64,000 nt of DNA from Candidatus Margulisiibacteriota bacterium (GTDB taxonomy: Bacteria > Margulisbacteria > WOR-1 > O2-12-FULL-45-9), in NCBI GenBank assembly GCA_041658745.1, contig JBAZZP010000003.1:83423-147422 (forward strand). Reading direction: 5' to 3'. How positions within the stretch are numbered: position 1 is the stretch's first letter; the number at the start of each line of letters is the position of its first letter. This document shows, piece after piece, positions 25,293 to 32,484 of the stretch. The notes below the pieces were generated by a model. It worked only from the letters and a program-made list of their open reading frames with translations, was not told the origin of the DNA and searched no databases. A program made the translations under genes and the position numbers.

Positions 25293-26597
25293 CTATGTCT
25301 GGCGAATCCCAGCACCCCAACGTGCAAGTGTCGCCGTCAGGCAGACATCTAGATTAGTATTACGGATCTCTCCCAAGCCTCTTCCTTGTAGACGGTTGGC
25401 AACACAACCCCCTTGGCATATTTCTATGACATCACAGGGTTGGCAAATGGATGACGGGTATTGCAAATGGTCTTCGATGACCCGGTTTTTAAAAATCTGC
25501 CCAGTTTTCGGGTCCCCCAAAATTAAGCCATCGGTTTTTTCTCCCACTAAGGCTAGACAAAAAACAAACTTTTCTTCTGGCAGGAGAAGGGTGTAAGACT
25601 GCGGAGAATCAAGCATAGGACAAGGTCGGCGCGAAGTAAGATAGGCATTATCCTCAAGTCCTAATTGATAGCGCCAGATCCCTTTGGAATAATAATTTGG
25701 TCCAATGGTCCCCATACTAAGCAGGATCTGCAACTTTTCCTTTGGCCAATTTTTCCGAGCTTCAATCACGGACAACAAAAAGCGATCCATGGCGTCTTCC
25801 GTGAGAGGGGAAACGCCCCCTTTAGCGTTTCCAAGCGGCCGCGTTAAACGCAAAACCACTGTTTCAACTCCCAACTCAACAGCCTCCCGCGCAACTTCTT
25901 GAATTCCTTCTAAATAATCCAAATAAACCTGACTAAATATTCCCACCGAAAATGGTCGCGGATTATGGCTGCGCGAAAACTCAACCATTTCCCCAATATT
26001 TGAAGAGACAGCAGCATGGCTGTTTCTCCCATAAGCTATTTGGTGAAGGGCAGCCGGCAGATGACTAATGCGTAAATGGCGAACCGAAGATTGAGCCAAA
26101 GCCTGCAAATTTTGCTGGGTCAGTCTTCTTTCCCCATTGGTAATGGCATAGGGATCCCCTGCCAAAGTTTTAAGACGCAGCACCTGTTCCAACAGGCGAT
26201 CATTTACATTTAATTCTTTTGGATAGGCGGTAGTTAGAAAGCCTTCAGCTTGCGCGGCACGGATTCTTGCTGAGATTAAATCTTCATCAATAACTGGGCT
26301 CTCTGGTCCTTCGGGTGTCCAAAAACAAAACTCACAGCGGCGATTGCAGGGAGTATTAAGTAGTAGATCGGCCATTGGCTTTACTGGACGCTGCAACAAC
26401 CGCTCTCCATAGCGCTTAATATTCGGCATATTTGTCGCCGCTCGTGCCCGTTGACTGGCCGAGAGGCCAAGGTAAGGAGCAATCAAAGAATACTCCGCCG
26501 GCCCCAAGGTTTTTCCAGCCACAACAATGTTTCCCGATTTACGTGGTAGTAAATGAACAACCATATTATTTTTTCTCCCAACCATTAAACTCGTCAT
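25293..26597 (-). CDS. radical SAM enzyme with C-terminal SPASM-like Cys cluster and ~70-aa N-terminal extension
   Basis: CNRRCEFC (Cx3Cx2C) lies at about residue 84. The C-terminus has CPMLD.., FCLAL.. and CQPCDVIEICQGGCVANR (CxxCx5Cx3C). Confidence 0.75.
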   Translation of the reverse strand: MTSLMVGRKNNMVVHLLPRKSGNIVVAGKTLGPAEYSLIAPYLGLSASQRARAATNMPNIKRYGERLLQRPVKPMADLLLNTPCNRRCEFCFWTPEGPESPVIDEDLISARIRAAQAEGFLTTAYPKELNVNDRLLEQVLRLKTLAGDPYAITNGERRLTQQNLQALAQSSVRHLRISHLPAALHQIAYGRNSHAAVSSNIGEMVEFSRSHNPRPFSVGIFSQVYLDYLEGIQEVAREAVELGVETVVLRLTRPLGNAKGGVSPLTEDAMDRFLLSVIEARKNWPKEKLQILLSMGTIGPNYYSKGIWRYQLGLEDNAYLTSRRPCPMLDSPQSYTLLLPEEKFVFCLALVGEKTDGLILGDPKTGQIFKNRVIEDHLQYPSSICQPCDVIEICQGGCVANRLQGRGLGEIRNTNLDVCLTATLARWGAGIRQT

Positions 26598-26604
26598 CTA
26601 GTCT

Positions 26605-26631
26605 ATCTGAGTAAATAAAAAATAATTTCAC
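26605..26631 (-). promoter_or_regulatory. ECF-sigma-like promoter box GTGAAAT-N16-AGAT, 7 nt before the radical-SAM ATG
   Basis: The coding strand reads AGTGAAAT-tattttttatttactc-AGAT-agactag-ATG. There is no SD. Confidence 0.55.
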
Positions 26632-26661
26632 TAAATAAATTAGGCAAAAGAAAAAATATTC

Positions 26662-26687
26662 TGAAATTATCCTAACTTCCTCTCGAG
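26662..26687 (+). promoter_or_regulatory. near-match to the same promoter box (TGAAAT-N16-CGAG), 8 nt before the MBL ATG
   Basis: Reads cTGAAAT-tatcctaacttcctct-CGAG-attaagtt-ATG. There is no SD. Confidence 0.35.
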
Positions 26688-26695
26688 ATTAAGTT

Positions 26696-27646
26696 ATGAT
26701 TTCGCGCATATCAAAACATGCAGCAAAACCTACACATCAAAAAAATGCTGCTCCAATGCGACCAGGCTTCGCTAAGCTCGAGAAGGTCGGCACCTTTCAA
26801 GAGTGGTTCGAGGTTTACAGGCTCACGCCGGATACATATGCAATTTATGAACCGTATCAATTCCAGGAAGCGATCTGCTATCTTGCTCTGGGCACATCGA
26901 AGGCACTGCTCATAGACACCGGTAACGGCATTGGCAACATTCGAGATGTTGCCTCCACATTAACAGGTTTGCCCATCTCAGTTGTCCTAACTCACGAGCA
27001 CGCGGATCACTACGGCGGCGCGCATTTATTTGAGCACGTTGCCGTTTACAATTTTCAGGCAGCGCTTAAGGAGCTGCGACAAGGGGTTCCGAACGCATCC
27101 GCATGCTGCTCCATCACTGGGAATAACTTATGGGGACCGCTTCCTAATGGGGTTGATCCCGCGACTTGGTCTGTGCTGCCGGTCAATCCCGATTTGCTGC
27201 TCGAAGAGGGCTCAATAGTTGATTTGGGTGGCCGTCAGCTTGAAGTGATCCACACGCCAGGGCACTCGGCTTCCGAAATCTGCCTGCTGGATAACAGCCG
27301 CCGTCTATTGTTCTCGGGAGATCATTTTTACCCCGGTCCGTTGTATTTACAATCGGCAACGGCCGACATCCTCAGCATCTTCGTGGAATCGAACAATAAA
27401 TTAGTACAACGTGTTAATGAGTACGACCATGTGCTTGGCGGTCATAACGAGCCGTGGATCGACGCCGCCGTAATTCCCCGTGTTAGCCAAGCGATGGCGA
27501 TTGTTCTCTGTGGTGGTGGCGCTTTTTCTGAAGATCAGGGAATCAGACGTTATTTCTTCGACGGGTTCGATATCCTGCTTCGCGCTGCGAGCATCAAGAG
27601 TTACATGGTAAAACATCTGCCTGTTAGTGAAAAAAAGATGGATTGA
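26696..27646 (+). CDS. MBL-fold metallo-hydrolase
   Basis: Motifs THEHADHYGG (HxHxDH), HTPGHS and FSGDH. Spot counts suggest it is GC-richer than most of the window. Confidence 0.8.
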   Translation: MISRISKHAAKPTHQKNAAPMRPGFAKLEKVGTFQEWFEVYRLTPDTYAIYEPYQFQEAICYLALGTSKALLIDTGNGIGNIRDVASTLTGLPISVVLTHEHADHYGGAHLFEHVAVYNFQAALKELRQGVPNASACCSITGNNLWGPLPNGVDPATWSVLPVNPDLLLEEGSIVDLGGRQLEVIHTPGHSASEICLLDNSRRLLFSGDHFYPGPLYLQSATADILSIFVESNNKLVQRVNEYDHVLGGHNEPWIDAAVIPRVSQAMAIVLCGGGAFSEDQGIRRYFFDGFDILLRAASIKSYMVKHLPVSEKKMD

Positions 27647-27692
27647 TCTAGCTTAATCCTGGGAAAGAAATAAATCTGGAATTTTAAATCGC

Positions 27693-27719
27693 GTGAAATT
27701 TATTAGAAATATAGAAGAA
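27693..27719 (+). promoter_or_regulatory. near-match promoter box GTGAAAT-N16-AGAA upstream of the FGE-like gene
   Basis: The 13-mer gtgaaatttatta is identical to 28806-28818. It is followed by a 44-nt leader with a TAGGAG SD. Confidence 0.3.
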
Positions 27720-27763
27720 AACAAAGTGAAAGATACAACGCAGAATACTTAGGAGATTAGAAC

Positions 27764-28804
27764 ATGGTTAAAACCTCTGTTGCAGGAAATGTTGGCGGGG
27801 ACAGTTTGGTTAGAGCCCTGCTATGTTCTCAAGCTTCTATAAGAGGGGACCAAAAAAGAAGCCGAAGTTGTGGCATAAGGATATTTTCACAATACTTAGG
27901 GAGAAACTCCGCAAGACAAGAGGCATGGGTGAAAAACACCCCCCTTTCACCGGAAGTGGTTTTTGCTCGTGCTAGTTTAGATAGTGCTTGGCTAAAACAA
28001 GCTGGGCAATGGCTGGAAACCTCAACTGACCCAAAACAACGGGCGGCCATGTTAAAAAGACTTGGGGCTGAAAAGCTTGAACCAGAAAATCTTTACCCCC
28101 TTCCCGAAATTGAGTTACCCATGGTGCCCCACATTCCAACAGGGCCATTCACGATGGGCAGTCAGCAATTTGATGACGCTAAACCTTTGAGAGAAATAAT
28201 CCTTGATCCTTTTAGTATAAGTATTTTCCCAGTAACCAGAGCCCAATATTTGATAGGAATGCAGCAAGCAGGTTTAATCACACCGGAATATTGGAAGCAA
28301 ACAGACGGAGAATTGATTTGCCCTTCCCATCCGGTTACCGGTGTAACTTGGGAACAGGCCAACGCGTTTGCAGAGTGGCTTGGCCGAAGATTACCTACCG
28401 AAGCTGAATGGGAATTCTCCGCTAGAGGTTATGATGAAAAACTCTATCCATGGGGAAACATATTTGATCCTTCACGGGCGGCCTTTCACCAACGGGGAAC
28501 CAGCCCCGTTGATGCCTACCCAACCGGTGTATCTTGGAATGGGATTTTTGGACTAGCTGGTAATATTTGTGAGTGGTGCGCTGATTGGTATGCTTCATAT
28601 GACCCGTCCGCATTACACAACCCTCGCGGCCCAGAAGAAGGAAGCATGCGAGTTTTACGTGGTGGGTCACATTTCTATGATGAGCCCGAATTATTGCGTA
28701 GTGATCGTCGCAACAAGCATTATCCAAGCATCGTCGGCAATAGTTATGGTTTTCGCGTAGCGGAAGGGGGCATTGTTCCCCCAAATGGCTTAGTTAAAAA
28801 ATAG
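27764..28804 (+). CDS. FGE-sulfatase domain protein (SUMF1/EgtB/PvdO family) with ~115-aa N-terminal extension
   Basis: Motifs GPFTMGS, HPVTGVTWEQANAFAEWLGRRLPTEAEWEFSARG, GNICEWCADWY and RVLRGGSHF. Confidence 0.8.
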   Translation: MVKTSVAGNVGGDSLVRALLCSQASIRGDQKRSRSCGIRIFSQYLGRNSARQEAWVKNTPLSPEVVFARASLDSAWLKQAGQWLETSTDPKQRAAMLKRLGAEKLEPENLYPLPEIELPMVPHIPTGPFTMGSQQFDDAKPLREIILDPFSISIFPVTRAQYLIGMQQAGLITPEYWKQTDGELICPSHPVTGVTWEQANAFAEWLGRRLPTEAEWEFSARGYDEKLYPWGNIFDPSRAAFHQRGTSPVDAYPTGVSWNGIFGLAGNICEWCADWYASYDPSALHNPRGPEEGSMRVLRGGSHFYDEPELLRSDRRNKHYPSIVGNSYGFRVAEGGIVPPNGLVKK

Positions 28805-28805
28805 A

Positions 28806-28832
28806 GTGAAATTTATTAAGAGAGGGGCTGAT
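28806..28832 (+). promoter_or_regulatory. ECF-sigma-like promoter box GTGAAAT-N16-TGAT, 8 nt before the M20 peptidase ATG
   Basis: Reads AGTGAAAT-ttattaagagaggggc-TGAT-ataaaggc-ATG. Confidence 0.55.
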
Positions 28833-28840
28833 ATAAAGGC

Positions 28841-30463
28841 ATGAACAAAGTAACGACTCAAGGCACTGCCGCTCAAATCAGGCAGCTATCAGCATTAACT
28901 GCCCGGCTGGTAAAAACGGGGAGCATTAGTCCCTCTCAAGGAGAAAATAGGGTCGCTAAACTAATTGTTAGAACCATGCAACGCGGAGGATTTTCTATCG
29001 CTGATCCGCTAACAAGCGATGTCCTTCTATCCGCCAGCACCGGCTTAATTCCACTGCCCGACGGAAGGGCAAATGCCTTTGCCTTCCTGCCCGCCTTAGA
29101 AAGAACCGATAAAACATTATTACTATTTGGCCACATGGATACTGTTGGGATAGATGATTTTGGCCAGCTAAAAGGTGTGGCAAACGATCCCGTAAAATTA
29201 AGAAAGGCTCTCATAGAAGAAGGAAGCGAAGCTGAGGCCATTAAGGACTTACTAACTGGGAACTGGATGTGCGGACGTGGGTCATTGGATATGAAGAGCG
29301 GTCTCGCCATTGAAATGACAACCTTAATTAATCTTCGCAGTAATCCTTCCAATGGGAATATTCTTTTTATGGGAATGCCCGACGAAGAAAACGATTCGGC
29401 CGGTATGCTGGGCGCTGTCCCATTTTTAAAACATTTTGCCGAATTACACCAGCTCAACCTAATGGGAGCCATTAATGCCGACTATACTACCGAAAGATTT
29501 CCAGGAGATAGCAACCGCTATTTGTATTTGGGAACAGTTGGTAAACTTTTACCAACTTTTTTAGTCATTGGCAGTACAACCCACGTGGGAGAGATTTTTA
29601 ACGGGATCAACCCTTCATTAATCCTTGCCCAGCTAGCTGCTCAAATGGAAACTAATCCGGCCTTTTGCGATACAATGGAAGGAGAAACGACCCTTCCCCC
29701 CACTGCATTAAAGTTTTCCGACCTAAAAGCAGGTTATAATGTGCAAACTCCGCTCTCTGCCTGGGCATATTTTAATTTATTCACCCATTCAATGACTCCG
29801 GAAAACGCCATGCAGCATATTTTGTCTATCGCTCGGGAAGCAGCACATAGGTCCCAACAAATATTGCGGGCAAGAACCAGGGATTTTAATGTGCGGACTG
29901 GCAGCAACCATCCCGATACCCAAATTAACATTTCTGTTTTGCCTTTTGACGAATTAGCTACTGGGCTTACAATTGATTCTTCGGCTGCTGCAATAGCTAC
30001 CGATCCACGGGATAAAAGCCGACTAATTGTTGAAGATTTATGGAGAAGGTCGGGAAGATCGCTTGGTAGACATGAGGCGGTGATTATCCCATTTTTGTCT
30101 CCACCTTACTATCCACATGGACATGTTTCGAAGGAAGAATCGGCCGCTTCCTCTTTTATTTCAGCAGCAACAGCTAGTGCAAAACGGGCCGGATTAGCCG
30201 TCAGGAAATTTTATCCGTATATTTCGGATGCCAGCTTTCTGCGGGCGCCCATGACCGGAGCAGACATGACCAGTCTATTGCCTTTATGGGAAAAGGGCTA
30301 TCGTCTTCCCATCGAAGACATTCGTGCATTAAATTTACCCGTAATTAATTTAGGACCTTGGGGAAAGGGGGCGCATCAGAGAATCGAAAGAATTGAAACC
30401 AGTTATTCTTTTGGAAGGCTTCCACAAATTATGGAAGATGTTATCCGTAATACCTTTAGATAA
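28841..30463 (+). CDS. M20-family metallopeptidase/amidohydrolase, RocB-like (long form)
   Basis: 540 aa. Motifs LLLFGHMDTVGIDDFG, GRGSLDMKSG and MPDEENDSAGM. The size and N-terminal block resemble the arginine-utilisation protein RocB. Confidence 0.7.
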   Translation: MNKVTTQGTAAQIRQLSALTARLVKTGSISPSQGENRVAKLIVRTMQRGGFSIADPLTSDVLLSASTGLIPLPDGRANAFAFLPALERTDKTLLLFGHMDTVGIDDFGQLKGVANDPVKLRKALIEEGSEAEAIKDLLTGNWMCGRGSLDMKSGLAIEMTTLINLRSNPSNGNILFMGMPDEENDSAGMLGAVPFLKHFAELHQLNLMGAINADYTTERFPGDSNRYLYLGTVGKLLPTFLVIGSTTHVGEIFNGINPSLILAQLAAQMETNPAFCDTMEGETTLPPTALKFSDLKAGYNVQTPLSAWAYFNLFTHSMTPENAMQHILSIAREAAHRSQQILRARTRDFNVRTGSNHPDTQINISVLPFDELATGLTIDSSAAAIATDPRDKSRLIVEDLWRRSGRSLGRHEAVIIPFLSPPYYPHGHVSKEESAASSFISAATASAKRAGLAVRKFYPYISDASFLRAPMTGADMTSLLPLWEKGYRLPIEDIRALNLPVINLGPWGKGAHQRIERIETSYSFGRLPQIMEDVIRNTFR

Positions 30464-30484
30464 AAAAACAAGGAGGAAAAGAAA

Positions 30485-31171
30485 ATGGCAGTATTAAGTA
30501 TTGGTTCAATCCACGTGCAAAAATTATACAGAGGAATGAGGACTCCTGAAAGCACAATGAAAATTGGGGGGGAACGCTTGGCCCACATCCTAGGGGTTAG
30601 GCCGGGAACAGCTTCTTTCGGGAGAATTGCTTTCGGCAATCAAGAATTAGATCTCAGGGAAATAGTAAACTTGGCTGCTCCTGCCGACATAGCCGTAAAT
30701 GGCAGGGAAGAGATTGACGCGGCAAAAGCACAAGCAATTTTAGCTGCTAGAGTAACTGGCAACTGGGAAACGGCCAATGGATTGCTTGGAACTAATTTGC
30801 ACGCAAGCCGCACGATAAGAAGATCGCTAGCTTATACTCTTTTGGAAGAAGGAGTAGCAGCCTTTAACCGTTTAAGAGAATCCTTAAGTGAAGCAACTGT
30901 TAATCTGCGCGGCGTCGAAATGCCCGAGATTGACCTTTCTGGCGCTACCCTTTCTGGTGCAGAATTAGCGTTTGCCAATTTGTCTAGGACACGTTTCTCG
31001 AGTAAGACCAGATTAGACGGTGCAGATTTAACCGGCGCAAACCTAGCTGGGGCAGATCTATCAAATGCAGATTTGTCAACGGCGCTTGTTGCAGAGGCGA
31101 CCTATTCTAGCGCTACTCGATTTCCAGCAAATTTCGATCCTGCAAATCTTGGAATGATAAAAATAGGATAA
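30485..31171 (+). CDS. pentapeptide-repeat protein (repeats only in the C-terminal ~80 aa)
   Basis: LSGATLSGAELAFANLSRTRFSSKTRLDGADLTGANLAGADLSNADLS. AAGGAGG SD lies upstream. Confidence 0.8.
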   Translation: MAVLSIGSIHVQKLYRGMRTPESTMKIGGERLAHILGVRPGTASFGRIAFGNQELDLREIVNLAAPADIAVNGREEIDAAKAQAILAARVTGNWETANGLLGTNLHASRTIRRSLAYTLLEEGVAAFNRLRESLSEATVNLRGVEMPEIDLSGATLSGAELAFANLSRTRFSSKTRLDGADLTGANLAGADLSNADLSTALVAEATYSSATRFPANFDPANLGMIKIG

Positions 31172-31187
31172 TAAAGGAGGAAATAAT

Positions 31188-32447
31188 ATGACAACTTTAA
31201 TCGGGACAGCGCTTAGGAATTATTCTCATCTCAAAATGGACACAATTAGAGCCTCAATTCAAGAATCAGTTGGCTCATTAAGGTCAAGATTGAGAGAAAG
31301 ACATCGAGGGACATTGGTTCAACAGGCAACAGAGGTTGCCAGAAAGGGGGCAGCTCTCAGCATTTATTGCCCAATCAACGTAGCACTTGCCCACACCGCC
31401 GCACCAAGATTGGAAGCGGTCGCTAAACCGGACTCACAGTCAAGGATTTTGTCCAGAAGGCCAATGACAATTGTAACTGTTAACTCCGGTTTTTGTGCCG
31501 GAAAATCTACCGATCCCAACCTGCAAACCCCCAACATGGTTGTAAGCAGATTGCGGGAAATGCTTTTAACTTTAGGCGACCAATGGAAATCCATTGGTAA
31601 AAATTTAAAATGGGTGCATGCCCCTACCGTATTTTACCCAAGCAAACCGATTGAATTAGCAAGGGTGGATGATCGCAATCCCAATTCGTTTAAGTATATA
31701 CGAGAAGCTGTTCTAAATTACTACTTTTCTTATTCAACAACTATTAATGGGGTGCTAGAGAGAGGATTTTCTCCATTACTCGTCGGAGGAGATCATTCTT
31801 TGGCTTTTGCGAGCGTCTCTACCGTAAGCAACCACTATTTTAGAAAAACTGGAAAAACCGCCGGATTGGTTTGGGTTGATGCCCATGGAGATATAAACAC
31901 TAGAGCTACTTCGCCGTCAGGAAATTTCCATGGCGGACCAGTTGCTGCCCTGCTTGGGATATCCAACACAGTTATGGATCTTTTCATGGAAAAACCATTA
32001 AACCCCAGAAACATCGTATATATTGCCATTAGAGATTTGGATCCAGGAGAAATTGCAACTATTGCCCGTCTTGGCATAAAAGTTTTTAGCGCCAAGGACA
32101 TTGAAAAAGATGGATTGGAATCGGTAATGCAACAAGCCAGAGCCATTGCCGGCCAAGGAACCTCTGGTATTTGTGTTTCATTTGATATTGATGGAGTTGA
32201 AGGAACCCATGTCCCCGGAACAGGAACTCCGGTTAGTGTTGGAGAAAATATGGACAAGAGGGGCCTTACTCCTCAAGAAGCCAAAGATATGGCAACCATT
32301 TTCGGGAGCTGGAGGAACCTTATTTCTTTTGACATGGTAGAAGTAAATCCCGAAATTGATCAAAAACCGGGGTTTCCAACAGTCCAACTCGCCAGTGAAA
32401 TTCTTACAAACTTTATTGTCAGCCGTAACGACACTTCCATAACATAG
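31188..32447 (+). CDS. arginase/agmatinase/formiminoglutamase-family ureohydrolase with ~90-aa N-terminal extension
   Basis: Motifs VGGDHSLA, VWVDAHGDINT and SFDIDGVEGTHVPGTGTP, so the metal ligands are intact. AAGGAGG SD lies upstream. Confidence 0.8.
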   Translation: MTTLIGTALRNYSHLKMDTIRASIQESVGSLRSRLRERHRGTLVQQATEVARKGAALSIYCPINVALAHTAAPRLEAVAKPDSQSRILSRRPMTIVTVNSGFCAGKSTDPNLQTPNMVVSRLREMLLTLGDQWKSIGKNLKWVHAPTVFYPSKPIELARVDDRNPNSFKYIREAVLNYYFSYSTTINGVLERGFSPLLVGGDHSLAFASVSTVSNHYFRKTGKTAGLVWVDAHGDINTRATSPSGNFHGGPVAALLGISNTVMDLFMEKPLNPRNIVYIAIRDLDPGEIATIARLGIKVFSAKDIEKDGLESVMQQARAIAGQGTSGICVSFDIDGVEGTHVPGTGTPVSVGENMDKRGLTPQEAKDMATIFGSWRNLISFDMVEVNPEIDQKPGFPTVQLASEILTNFIVSRNDTSIT

Positions 32448-32484
32448 CAACAATTTGGCGAATAGTCCAAATAAGGGGGAAAAC

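Noticed and set aside
32393-32406. An AGTGAAATTCTTAC match to the promoter box inside the 3' end of the arginase-family gene, upstream of argS.
   Set aside because: The position N16 downstream reads GTCA, not nGAT. The site is inside coding sequence, and a single half-site match is expected by chance.
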